A stretch of 64,000 bases of DNA from Clostridia bacterium. GTDB lineage: Bacteria; Bacillota; Clostridia; TANB77; CAG-508. Both the position numbers and the translations under genes were made by a program. Position 1 is the first letter of the stretch, and every line of letters begins with the position of its first letter. The stretch spans positions 39,595 through 103,594 of the forward strand of contig JAZUKI010000006.1 in assembly GCA_045643205.1 (NCBI GenBank). Reading direction: 5' to 3'. Below are positions 1-9,994 of the stretch, piece by piece. The notes beneath the pieces were generated by a model, which did no database searches, was not told the origin of the DNA, and saw only the letters and a program-made list of their open reading frames with translations.

Positions 1-911
1 TACATTATTGCTTTAATTCCATAATCATCTGTTGCAGTTATTTTAATAGTCTTTTGTACTGCAGTAACTTCAACTTTTGGTTTAGTTTGATCTGCATTTG
101 TATTAATATATGTTTTTGTATATGTATGTTCTGTTTCATAGCAGTCATAAACTCTCACTGTTAAAACAGGATTTCCATATGGTATTTCAACTGTCTTTTT
201 AAAATTATTTCTTCCATCTCCAGAAATATATGAAGAACCATTATTGTCCCAACTATATATAACTTTAGAAATAGGATTGTTAGCATTAAATGTTAAAGTT
301 ACTTCTGCATTCATTTGCAATGCGTGTACTTCAACTGTATCACTTTGTTTTGCCTTATTAGTAACCATTGCATATACTGATTTTCCTATCAATGTAATTG
401 CAAAAACAATTATTATCAAACAGTATATTTTTATAATTGATTTAATTTCTGCTCTTTGATTTTTTCCTCTTCGATATTCTTTTACATTAACATTATCTTC
501 AACTAAATTTTCTGCTGTTCTATCTGTTGTTTCTTCACCTAAAAAAATATTTCTTTTTGTTTCTACTATTTCTTCTTCAACTGCAGAATTATCCGTATTA
601 TTAAAACTATTTAATCCTTGATTATAAAAATCTTGTTGTGCATTTTCAAAACCATTAAATTGATTATTAAATCCATCAAATTGATTATTTTCAAAATCAT
701 TAAATTGATTATTAAATCCATCAAATTGATTATTTTCAAAACCATTAAACTGATTGTTGAATCCATCAAATTGACTATTATTAAAGCCGCCAAATGAATC
801 ATTTAATCCATTAAACTGACCATCATCAAAGCCATCAAATGGATTATTAAACTGATTATTATATGGGTTGTTGAATTGATTATTTAATTGGTTTTTCTCG
901 TTTGGATCCAT
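1..911 (-). CDS. Membrane-anchored hypothetical protein (partial, runs off window start): N/Q/F/G-rich N-terminus, one TM helix, beta-rich extracellular region
   Basis: Not in the ORF track. Manual translation from ATG 911 (AAGGAG upstream) is open to base 1: MDPNEKNQLNNQFNNPYNNQFNNPFDGF...IYCLIIIVFAITLIGKSVYAM...KVIYSWDN...IKITATDDYGI. Confidence 0.85.
   Translation of the reverse strand, partial: MDPNEKNQLNNQFNNPYNNQFNNPFDGFDDGQFNGLNDSFGGFNNSQFDGFNNQFNGFENNQFDGFNNQFNDFENNQFDGFNNQFNGFENAQQDFYNQGLNSFNNTDNSAVEEEIVETKRNIFLGEETTDRTAENLVEDNVNVKEYRRGKNQRAEIKSIIKIYCLIIIVFAITLIGKSVYAMVTNKAKQSDTVEVHALQMNAEVTLTFNANNPISKVIYSWDNNGSSYISGDGRNNFKKTVEIPYGNPVLTVRVYDCYETEHTYTKTYINTNADQTKPKVEVTAVQKTIKITATDDYGIKAIM
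643..777. repeat. Three near-identical 45-bp tandem coding repeats (FENNQFDGFNNQFNG-like units)
   Basis: Unit ttttcaaaaccattaaattgattattaaatccatcaaattgatta at 643, 688 and 733, with degenerate copies up to about 890. Confidence 0.9.
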
Positions 912-1021
912 CAAGCTTCTCCTTTATCTTTAGTAAATTGTATTAAATCTAAAATTGGTCATAATAACGCATTTTTAACATTAATATTGTATAGTAAATA
1001 ATTTTCTTTTTCAATAGAAAA

Positions 1022-1057
1022 AAGAAAACCATTTAGTGTTTTCTAAATGGTTTTCTT
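1022..1057 (-). terminator. Intrinsic terminator after the 1460-aa surface protein gene
   Basis: aagaaaaccatttag / ctaaatggttttctt inverted repeat with an A-run on the left. Confidence 0.8.
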
Positions 1058-1136
1058 ATAATTATTTTTAATTAAACTATATATTAATTTTAAACTAAAC
1101 TATATGCTAATTTTTAATTGAACTGCATATTACTTT

Positions 1137-4100
1137 TTATTCAATTACATATTTTTTAATTAATACTATACCTACTCCAACTATTGCTAATGCTGCAATT
1201 CCGATTAATATTATTGATTGTGCAGAACCTGTCATTACTACTAGTGCTACTGGTGCATCATCAATATCATCTTCTCCAGCTTTTCTATTGTTAGGTACTG
1301 AATCAATATCAGGTGCATCATATTTATTTTTGTCTTTGCTTATTTCTGCTGTATTAATTTTTACACCAGTATTATTTTCATCATTAATCCATGTTAATGT
1401 GATAATAACTTCAGCTGTGTCACCTGGTTTTAATAATTTATCTTTTAATTGATCTGTTGTAACTTTACCATCAACTTGTTTCCAACCTTTATTATCTTCT
1501 GGAACAAATTTTAATCCTTCAGGAATATAATCACTTAATTCTGTGCAATATCCTTCGATTTCACCTTCGTTCTTAACTCTTATTGAGTATTGGAATTTAA
1601 CAGTTGTGTTCTTTAATCTGTTATAGTCTAATTCAACTTTTACTATAGATTCTGGATCGTCTTCTGCCTTATGTCCTGTTTCCATTACTCTCTTAACGCC
1701 ATCTTCTATAACAATTGCATGTGTTACCCATTTTCTTAATGATAAATCAAAGTATAGTACTTTTACTTTTTCAATATCTTGATCATCTTCTCCTTCAATC
1801 CATTCATCTGGTGTTGAATCGATATCAGGTAAACTTGTTCTTATTTGAGCATGGTTTACTAATTCTCTGCTATTTGGTGTTGCTAATTGTGGTTCATCTA
1901 CTTTGAATGCAACTTGAACATCTTTATAATCTGGTGTTTCCATTGATTCATAATCAAAAGCTTTGATTAAAGTATCTTTTAAATAATTTGTAACTACATA
2001 TTTAGCATCACTAACTTTTGTTGTATCTTTTCCATCTTTATCTAGTAATGTCCATCCATACTTTTTGTTGATTTCATGATCTGGTAAATATGTTAATCCT
2101 TGTGGAATATCATCTTTTACTGATTCTACATATCCGTCAACATTTCCTTCGTTGTATACTCTGATTGTATATACTACTACATCTTTGTTTCCTACAACTA
2201 CTGGTTCTTTAGTATGTTTATATTCGCATGTTGTTACTTCTTTTCCATCAATTATTTTTCCGAAATTTGAAGCATCAACTACTGGAATTCTTGATTTTAT
2301 TTCTTCTGAATTTACTTTAGTAATAAATTTTCTTAATGCTAAATCAAATCTTACTACTTGTAAATCTTCGTAGTCATCATCATCTTCATATCCTTTACCA
2401 TCTCTTGATGTTCCTGGATTATAATCATCTCTTTGACCATTTGTAATATTGTCTTCTTCTGAATCAATATCTTCAAGGTCTAAATCATTTCTTGTTTCTG
2501 TAATTTCAGCAACGTTCTTTAAGCTTAATTTTGTAGCTCCTGCTTTCGCTTCAACTGTACATTCAATTTGTACATCAGCATATGATATTGTATATTCTCC
2601 ATTATTTTCTGCTAATGCTTTAAGAATTGTATCTTTTAAATATGTTGTACTAATTTCTTGTCCATTTGCTGTCCAACCATATTTTCTATTTAATTCACTA
2701 TCTTCTTTAAACTTTAATCCTACTGGTAAATAGTCAACTAATTTTGTTGCATATCCATCTACTGATCCTTCGTTATAAACTCTGATTGTATAAATTACAC
2801 TATCGCCTGTTTTAACTTGAATTGGATCTTTTGTATGGCGTTTGTATGATGTTGTTCCATTATCAAATGTCTTTGATGCATCTTCCATTTCTAATGCTTT
2901 TAAATCATCTTGTGTGATAACTGGTTCTCTGCTTTCTTTAACTTCTGATCCATTTACCTTTGTGATGAATTTCCTTAACGCTAAATCGAATTTAACAGGT
3001 TTTAGATATAAATCTTCATAATCATCATCATCTTCATATCCTTTACCATCTCTAGATGTTGCTACATTATAATTTGCTTTTTGATCATTTGTTAAATTGT
3101 TTTCTGTAGAATCTCTATCTGGTATATTTAAAGAATTTCTGCTTTCTGTAATTTCAGCAACGTTCTTTAAATGTTTTACTTGATTTGCATTTGTTGCTGT
3201 AACAACACATTCAATTTGAATATCTTTATAATCAATTGTATTTGTTGTTGGATTAAATGCATTAATCATTGTGTTATTTAAATATGTTGTACTGATTTCT
3301 TGTCCATCAGCTACCCAACCATATTGTGAATTTATTTCGCTATCAGCTTTTAATTGTAATCCTTCTGGTAAGTAATCAACAACTTTTGTTGCATATCCGT
3401 CTACTGATCCTTCGTTGTAAATTCTTATTGTATATAAAACAACGTCATTTGTTTCAACTGCTAATGGATCTTTTGTATGGCGTTTATATGATGTTGTTCC
3501 ATTATCTAATGTTTTTGTAGCATCTTCATTTGCTAATGCTGTCAAGTCTGCAGTAGTAATATTTGGTGTTCTATTAACTGTTACATTTGATCCATTTACT
3601 TTTGTGATGAACTTTCTTAACGCTAAGTCAAAATGTTTTGGATTTAGATATAAAGGTTCATAGTCATCATCATCTTCATATCCTTTACCATTTGTTGAAG
3701 TTCCTGGTTCATATTTATTAATTTGTGTTGTTGTTAAGTTGTTCTCTGTAGAATCTCTATCTGCTACTCCGTATTCGTTAGTTGCTCCTGTGATTTCAGC
3801 AACGTTAATTAAGTTTACTTTTGATTCTTTGTAATCTGCTGTAACTGTGCATTCAATTCTAACTAATTTTGAATCGATTGTTGTATTTGTTAATTTATTA
3901 ATTGTTTGTTCTGCTAAGTGCGTTGTTTTAACTGTTCTTCCATCTGCACTTGCAGTCCATCCATATGTGTTATTAATTGAGCTGTTTGGTGTCAATGTTA
4001 AACCTGCTGGTAAGTAATCTGTAATTTCTGTACATTTACCATTTACATTTCCTTCGTTGTAAATTCTAATATCATAAATTACTTTATCACCTGTTTTAAC

Positions 4101-5519
4101 TTCTAATGGTGTTTTTATATGAGTTTTTCTTGCTGTTGTTTTTGCTGTTTTTGGTTCTTTATCAGAATTGAAGTATCCATTTTCGTTATATAAATTTACA
4201 ATTTCTTGTGCTGTAATGTTTGGTACTCTATTTGTTATTTCTGTGCTATTAATTTTTGTTATATATTTTCTTAATGCTAAATCAAATTTTCTATCTGGAG
4301 TAAATGAAACACTATCGCTAAATTGTTCATTTGTTGGTACTTCTTCTATTTCAACTAAAGGTTGATTAACATTTAATGCATTTGCTCCAACTGTTAAACA
4401 ATTTATGTTTTTCTTTATTCTTCTTGTATTTACTGTAAATGTTATTGTTTCAAGTGGAAATGATTCTGGAATTTGAATATAAAATGGTTGTCCATTTGTT
4501 GCTTTTATTTTTTCAGTAAGATCGCTTCCTCTATATTCAGTTGTTTTATCTGCTTTTAATATTTTATATTCATAGCTTTCAAAATTTGATCCTATACCTG
4601 TTATACTAGCATTTTCACCAAGTTTAAATGTATAAGGTCCAACTAAAATCTTATCACCTTGTTTTGTTGCTGTTCTATTTGATTTATCAAATTTACTTGC
4701 TCTTGCATCTGAGTTATATGTTTTAGGGTCAGTATTTTGATTTGCAATACCATAGTCTACTAATCTAATGAATAAGTATTCTGCTGGTTGATAATATTCA
4801 CCATAATATGAATATGTATGTGCCCCAGTTGATTTTGTTGATAAATCAACAAATCCTGAATCTGTTGTAGAATATTTAAATGATGGTTCATATCCGTTGT
4901 CAAAATCAAAAATTGGATGATGTTCTCCATTTGGGTTTGTAAAATACCAAAGAGCAGCTTGTTGTACAGCTTCAATAATGTCTTGTTGATATCCTGTTTT
5001 TCCAATTAAAGCGTAATCATTGAAATCGCTATATTTTACTCTGCCATCTGTTACTTTAGCTAACATTGTATTAACTGCTTCTTCATAATTTGTAGATCCT
5101 ATATATGATTCTTTTTCTGCAAATACATCAAGTAATGCAACTGCTGAATTATATGTTGCAGTTGTAGGAGGTACCGCACTAATATATGCTGCTGGGATTT
5201 GATCTCTACCCTGAAGTAAATCCATCGAATTTACATATGTTGTAGCTACTGCAGTATTTTGACTACCAAATCCTGCTCCTGCTTTGAAACAGTATATTGG
5301 ATTTAGATTGCCATAATATCCGCCTAAATCTTCAACAATTTTAATTATTCTTTCTGTTCCGCCATTAGCTACGATTGCATAGTATCCTGATGGTCTTCCA
5401 TTTCCATTATTGTAAGTTGAAAAAGTTCTAGAGATAGTTGCTGCTAGAATACTATTACTTACTAAAAATGTAATTACCATAACTGCTATTGCAATTAATA
5501 TTTTACTAACTTTTTTCAT
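1137..5519 (-). CDS. Surface adhesin: signal peptide, Cys-Gln thioester (TED/TQXA-type) domain, five DUF11-like repeats, C-terminal sorting signal and TM
   Basis: IYCF (Cys77), QQAALW (186-191), NQPLV (Gln386); five repeats FDLxLRK...YxIRxxNEG...D-x-[LI]-PxGL...NxA[EQ]I...DxDS...[ED]DDxD; C-terminal VMTG, hydrophobic helix, KK. Confidence 0.85.
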   Translation of the reverse strand: MKKVSKILIAIAVMVITFLVSNSILAATISRTFSTYNNGNGRPSGYYAIVANGGTERIIKIVEDLGGYYGNLNPIYCFKAGAGFGSQNTAVATTYVNSMDLLQGRDQIPAAYISAVPPTTATYNSAVALLDVFAEKESYIGSTNYEEAVNTMLAKVTDGRVKYSDFNDYALIGKTGYQQDIIEAVQQAALWYFTNPNGEHHPIFDFDNGYEPSFKYSTTDSGFVDLSTKSTGAHTYSYYGEYYQPAEYLFIRLVDYGIANQNTDPKTYNSDARASKFDKSNRTATKQGDKILVGPYTFKLGENASITGIGSNFESYEYKILKADKTTEYRGSDLTEKIKATNGQPFYIQIPESFPLETITFTVNTRRIKKNINCLTVGANALNVNQPLVEIEEVPTNEQFSDSVSFTPDRKFDLALRKYITKINSTEITNRVPNITAQEIVNLYNENGYFNSDKEPKTAKTTARKTHIKTPLEVKTGDKVIYDIRIYNEGNVNGKCTEITDYLPAGLTLTPNSSINNTYGWTASADGRTVKTTHLAEQTINKLTNTTIDSKLVRIECTVTADYKESKVNLINVAEITGATNEYGVADRDSTENNLTTTQINKYEPGTSTNGKGYEDDDDYEPLYLNPKHFDLALRKFITKVNGSNVTVNRTPNITTADLTALANEDATKTLDNGTTSYKRHTKDPLAVETNDVVLYTIRIYNEGSVDGYATKVVDYLPEGLQLKADSEINSQYGWVADGQEISTTYLNNTMINAFNPTTNTIDYKDIQIECVVTATNANQVKHLKNVAEITESRNSLNIPDRDSTENNLTNDQKANYNVATSRDGKGYEDDDDYEDLYLKPVKFDLALRKFITKVNGSEVKESREPVITQDDLKALEMEDASKTFDNGTTSYKRHTKDPIQVKTGDSVIYTIRVYNEGSVDGYATKLVDYLPVGLKFKEDSELNRKYGWTANGQEISTTYLKDTILKALAENNGEYTISYADVQIECTVEAKAGATKLSLKNVAEITETRNDLDLEDIDSEEDNITNGQRDDYNPGTSRDGKGYEDDDDYEDLQVVRFDLALRKFITKVNSEEIKSRIPVVDASNFGKIIDGKEVTTCEYKHTKEPVVVGNKDVVVYTIRVYNEGNVDGYVESVKDDIPQGLTYLPDHEINKKYGWTLLDKDGKDTTKVSDAKYVVTNYLKDTLIKAFDYESMETPDYKDVQVAFKVDEPQLATPNSRELVNHAQIRTSLPDIDSTPDEWIEGEDDQDIEKVKVLYFDLSLRKWVTHAIVIEDGVKRVMETGHKAEDDPESIVKVELDYNRLKNTTVKFQYSIRVKNEGEIEGYCTELSDYIPEGLKFVPEDNKGWKQVDGKVTTDQLKDKLLKPGDTAEVIITLTWINDENNTGVKINTAEISKDKNKYDAPDIDSVPNNRKAGEDDIDDAPVALVVMTGSAQSIILIGIAALAIVGVGIVLIKKYVIE

Positions 5520-5636
5520 TATTTTCCTTACTCCCTTAAATTTTAATCTAATACAGGAAAATTATACCACAAAAATAGGCCTAAAAGCAAGAAATACCGC
5601 GAGTTTTATATTTCTTTTGTGTTAAGATTATTACAA

Positions 5637-5666
5637 AAAAGCAACATCATTTTAGATGTTGCTTTT
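5637..5666 (-). terminator. Intrinsic terminator after the 1251-aa paralogue
   Basis: aaaagcaacatc / gatgttgctttt hairpin. Confidence 0.75.
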
Positions 5667-5692
5667 CTTTATTTTTTTATTTTATTAAATTC

Positions 5693-8600
5693 TTATTTTT
5701 TTAAATGTTTTTTTAATAAAACGACTCCCAATGTAACTGTTAAAAGCCCTGCTATTCCAAAGATTATACAGATTGCTATAGTTTGAGCAAATCCAGACAT
5801 ATTAACCATAGCCTCGTCATAGTCATCTTCATTTTTTTCTTTGTTATTTGGTATTGAATTTATATCTGGAGTATTATGATCATTTTTAACATCGCTTATT
5901 TCAGCTATATTAGTCATTGGTTTGAAATTTAATTCAGAATTAATCCAAGTTAATACTAGGTTAACTCTTTCTTCTTTTCCTGGTTCAATTAGCTTATCTT
6001 TTAGCTTATTAGAAACAATCCTCTCACCAGAAACTCTCCATTCAGGATTATCAGCTTGGCTAAATCTTAATCCTTCTGGAACATAATCAGCTATCTCTGT
6101 TGCATATCCTGCAACTTCTCCTTCATTTTTTATGATGATTTCATATTGGAATTTAATAACTGTGTTTTTTACTCTTTCTTTATTCATTTCAATATTTACA
6201 ACCGACTTGATATCTGAAGTTTCATCAACTCCTGTAGGTTCATCCCTTTGATGACCTTCTTCAATTAAAATTGTTTTTGAAATTATATTTCTTAATTTAA
6301 AATTAAAGAATTTTATATGAATTGTTTCTTCATCTTGATCATCTTCTCCATTGTTCCATACATCAGTTGTTGAATCAATATCAGTAACATCATGGCCACT
6401 TTCATCGCTATCACTATGTATTTCAACTCTGTTTATTGCTTCACGTTGGTTTCGTGGTTCAACAACTTTAAATGTAACTTTTATTTCTTTGTACGCTGGA
6501 GTTTTATTTTCTTTATGATCAAAAGGTTCTATAGCTTTTTCACCAGATTCTTTTTCTTCATCCTTAGATAAATAGTTTGTTTGTATTGACATTGCATCTA
6601 CAGGATTTGATGTTTCTTTTCCTGAAGAATCATACATTTTCCAGTTATATGGTCTGTTTGTTTCATTATCTGGTAAAAATTCTAATCCTAAAGGTATTGA
6701 ATCTTTGATTACTTTTGCATATCCCTTTTGTGTGCCTTCGTTATAGACTCTAATTGTATATGTTACGACATCTCCTGTATAAACTTGAAGAACATCTTTC
6801 TTTTGATTATACATACAAGTTGTTATTGCTTCGTTTTTCTCATCAGCAGTTCCAAATTTTGAAATATTAACAACTGGTTCTCTATCTGTAATTGTTGTTT
6901 CATTTATTTTTGAAATAAATTGTCTTAGTGCTAAATCAAATTTTTCTAAAACAACTTTTTCAAAGTCATCGTCATCTTCTTGACCTTGATAGAAATAGTT
7001 TGTATCTGTTAAATCATCCTTATTTCCATTATTTCCTTTGTAATCACTTAATTGCTCATCTGAAGGTAATGTAACTGTTGATTGATTGTCTCTATCTGCA
7101 AGATTTTCATTGTTTTCATATTTTGTGATTTCTGCTATGATTGTAATTTTCTTTAAGGCTTCTGCAGTATTTCTAACTTTGCATCTAATTTTTATTTCTT
7201 TATAATTTAAATTGCTAGCTTTTAAATCATAAGCTTTTATTACATTTTCAGCATCATTATCTCTAGAAAGTTTTGTACTTCTAATCGTTCTTTGAGTAGC
7301 ATCGTTAGGATCTAATATCCAACCATTTTCGCCGTTATATTCATCATTGATAAATTCTAATTCACTTGGCAAATGTACTGTGATTTCTTTTGCAAAACCA
7401 TCTATCGTACCTTCGTTATAAACTCTAATTGTATAAACTACATTGCTTCCTGGTCCTACACTTACTGAACCTTTTGTTTGTTTATATTCAGCTGTTGTTT
7501 TTCCTGTTAGCAATGGATTTGTATTTACCATTGGTTCTCTATTATAGTCACCTGTATCAACTTGAGAAACAAAAGCCCTCAATGATAAATCAAAATATCT
7601 TCCTGGAATTACTAAGTTTTCGAAATCATCATCATCTTGATATCCTTTTCCTCTATCATTTGTTCCTGGATTATAATTTTTTATTTGATCTTCTGTTAGA
7701 TTGCCTGGTTTTGAATCTCTATCTTTTTGTGATGATTGAATCTCACAAACGCATTTTAAAAATACATCTGAAGATTTTGTTTGTTCATTAACTATTAATT
7801 CTATTTTAACTAAAATAAAGTTTAAGTTTGCATTTACTTTAATGCCTTGTGACGATCTGTTTCTAGTATATTCTGTAACTACAGTCTGGCTATCACCTGC
7901 AGGTGTCCAACCATATTGATTATTTATTTCACTGTTTGGTGCCAAACTAACTCCAGTTGGCAAATGTTCAACAATTGATTGTGCCGTTCCTGCGACATTT
8001 CCTTCGTTATAAATTCTTATATCTAAAACAACTCTATCATTGTTTTTTACTAATACAGGACTTTTTGTATGCTTTTTCTCTGCTGTTGTTCCGCCATCTA
8101 GAGATGCTTCGCCAATTAATAATTTATTTATCTCTTCATTTGTTATTTTAGGTTCACGTGATTCTTCAAGATTTTCTCCATTAATTGATGTAACAAATTG
8201 TCTAATAGCTAAATCAAAATTTGGCTTAGCAATTTCTTTTGAATCGCTATCCACTAAATCTACTGATTGTGTTCTTATGATAATTACTGGTGTACTATTT
8301 CTAATCGATGCGGCTGGAACTGACCAATAATTATATGTTTTAGCTGTATACTCTTGGCTTATTTCAATAGTTATATCTGATGCTGAAGTATTCATTGGAA
8401 CAGAAATATAAAATATTTTTCCTACATTTGAAGCTAACTTTATTGATGTAGTTGCTCCTTCTATAACTGTTTTAGCATCAGAAGCAAGTATTGTAGCATT
8501 AGTAATTTCAGTAGTTCCGCTTAATATTCTTCCTTCAAAAGAAGAATTGCTATAATTGTTTTTTTCAATTTTATATGGTCCTATTAAATATTTATCATCT

Positions 8601-9448
8601 TTAGTTGTTACTTGTGCATTTGATTTATCAAGTTTAAAAGGTGCTAGTGATTGCGTTTTTGTAACACTATATCTACCACTAGAAACCTCACTATTTGCTT
8701 TTTCAATTAAGTATTTAAATAATTTATTAGCAGGATCAGTTTTGTTAGTACTAAAACTATTTAAATCAACTATATTATTTCCACTTGATGAAGAATAAAA
8801 GAAACTTGTTCCTGAATTGCCATCTGTTGAAACATGATATGAATTGTTAGTTCCATTTGAGTAATACCAAATAGCTGCTTGTTGAACCATTTCTATAATA
8901 TCGCTTTTCAATGCTAATGAATTTTTACCTTGAATTGAATAAGTATCAAAATCGCTAGAACTAATTCCTGCATTACTTAATAATTGATTAACTGAATTTG
9001 AATCTTTAACATTTGCAATATTTTCTAATACCCACATCAATTTTTTATAATTGCTTGAACCTAAACTAAATGGTAAAGCTTCTGAATAAGGACTTGGAAT
9101 TGAACCAGGATCAGTGAAATCAAAATACTGATTATAGTTCTTTGCAGAATAGTCTGATGATCCATTCGCACCAAAGCCAACTCCATTGTTTAATGAGTAA
9201 ACTAAATTGTTATATCCTGAATAATCTGATGATCCTGTATAATCTGTCATATTAAGCTTAGAAACAGGCATTTTACCTGCTGCCGTTTGAACATAATAAT
9301 ATCCAGTTGATCTACCACTACCTGCATTGTATGTATTTATGTAATATCCAGGTGTTGAAATATTTGCATGGGTTTCAGCTGAACATATAAGACAAAATGA
9401 AATTAAAATAATTAAAAATTTAATAATCTTTTTTAGCTTTTGCATCAA
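5693..9448 (-). CDS. Paralogous surface protein: degenerate thioester-type domain, four DUF11-like repeats, C-terminal TM
   Basis: Colinear with 1137..5519 (GRSTGYY, VYSL..GVGFG, QQAAIW, LIGPY, FDLxxR, YNEG, DDDDFE); C-terminal NMSG, TM, KKHLKK. Confidence 0.85.
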   Translation of the reverse strand: MMQKLKKIIKFLIILISFCLICSAETHANISTPGYYINTYNAGSGRSTGYYYVQTAAGKMPVSKLNMTDYTGSSDYSGYNNLVYSLNNGVGFGANGSSDYSAKNYNQYFDFTDPGSIPSPYSEALPFSLGSSNYKKLMWVLENIANVKDSNSVNQLLSNAGISSSDFDTYSIQGKNSLALKSDIIEMVQQAAIWYYSNGTNNSYHVSTDGNSGTSFFYSSSSGNNIVDLNSFSTNKTDPANKLFKYLIEKANSEVSSGRYSVTKTQSLAPFKLDKSNAQVTTKDDKYLIGPYKIEKNNYSNSSFEGRILSGTTEITNATILASDAKTVIEGATTSIKLASNVGKIFYISVPMNTSASDITIEISQEYTAKTYNYWSVPAASIRNSTPVIIIRTQSVDLVDSDSKEIAKPNFDLAIRQFVTSINGENLEESREPKITNEEINKLLIGEASLDGGTTAEKKHTKSPVLVKNNDRVVLDIRIYNEGNVAGTAQSIVEHLPTGVSLAPNSEINNQYGWTPAGDSQTVVTEYTRNRSSQGIKVNANLNFILVKIELIVNEQTKSSDVFLKCVCEIQSSQKDRDSKPGNLTEDQIKNYNPGTNDRGKGYQDDDDFENLVIPGRYFDLSLRAFVSQVDTGDYNREPMVNTNPLLTGKTTAEYKQTKGSVSVGPGSNVVYTIRVYNEGTIDGFAKEITVHLPSELEFINDEYNGENGWILDPNDATQRTIRSTKLSRDNDAENVIKAYDLKASNLNYKEIKIRCKVRNTAEALKKITIIAEITKYENNENLADRDNQSTVTLPSDEQLSDYKGNNGNKDDLTDTNYFYQGQEDDDDFEKVVLEKFDLALRQFISKINETTITDREPVVNISKFGTADEKNEAITTCMYNQKKDVLQVYTGDVVTYTIRVYNEGTQKGYAKVIKDSIPLGLEFLPDNETNRPYNWKMYDSSGKETSNPVDAMSIQTNYLSKDEEKESGEKAIEPFDHKENKTPAYKEIKVTFKVVEPRNQREAINRVEIHSDSDESGHDVTDIDSTTDVWNNGEDDQDEETIHIKFFNFKLRNIISKTILIEEGHQRDEPTGVDETSDIKSVVNIEMNKERVKNTVIKFQYEIIIKNEGEVAGYATEIADYVPEGLRFSQADNPEWRVSGERIVSNKLKDKLIEPGKEERVNLVLTWINSELNFKPMTNIAEISDVKNDHNTPDINSIPNNKEKNEDDYDEAMVNMSGFAQTIAICIIFGIAGLLTVTLGVVLLKKHLKK

Positions 9449-9700
9449 TTAACTCCGTGAATCCTTTGTATATTAAGTGTTTTGCACATTAAAAATTGCA
9501 AAACAATATCTAATCGTTTTTGCAAATTAAAATAAAATTTACATGACTAAATGATAACAAAACTACAATTTAATGTCAACAAAATTACGTGCTTGTAACT
9601 TAATTTTCCCTAAGGCTACAGGCATTTTTATTTTTGAATTTTATAACTCACTTTTACCAACACTTTCAACGATTTTTATTATATAAATTCAATAATTCTA

Positions 9701-9729
9701 TTGACAGGTCGCCAATATTTTGCTAATAT
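9701..9729 (+). promoter_or_regulatory. SigA promoter of the tRNA pair
   Basis: TTGACA-17 bp-TAATAT with TGn extended -10. Confidence 0.7.
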
Positions 9730-9752
9730 AATAATGCTTGCTAATAATATGT

Positions 9753-9828
9753 GCGGGAATAGCTCAGTTGATAGAGCGTCGCCTTGCCAAGGCGAAGGTC
9801 ACGGGTTTGAGCCCCGCTTCCCGCTCCA
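9753..9828 (+). tRNA. tRNA-Gly (GCC)
   Basis: Cloverleaf: GCGGGAA/TTCCCGC acceptor stem, anticodon loop TTGCCAA, U73, encoded CCA. Confidence 0.95.
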
Positions 9829-9917
9829 TTTTTTTGCACATATAGCAAGTTTTATTTTTTATAAACGCTTAGTTTATAGAAATTTAGTGCTATATATTAA
9901 AATTTAATATTATGTAT

Positions 9918-9991
9918 GGCGCCATGGCCAAGTGGTAAGGCACGAGTCTGCAAAACTCTTATCCTCAGTTCGATTCTGAGTGGCGCCTCCA
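9918..9991 (+). tRNA. tRNA-Cys (GCA)
   Basis: GGCGCCA/TGGCGCC acceptor stem, anticodon loop CTGCAAA, TTCGA T-loop, U73, CCA. Confidence 0.95.
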
Positions 9992-9994
9992 AAA

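Noticed and set aside
643-890. Possible CRISPR array
   Set aside because: Contiguous in-frame coding repeats without unique spacers, and no cas genes
2330-4290. DNA-level repeats inside the adhesin as a DGR or shufflon
   Set aside because: Explained by tandem domain duplication; no reverse transcriptase or invertase nearby
9918-9991. C27-U43 mismatch in tRNA-Cys
   Set aside because: Mismatches at the top of the anticodon stem are tolerated, and the rest is canonical
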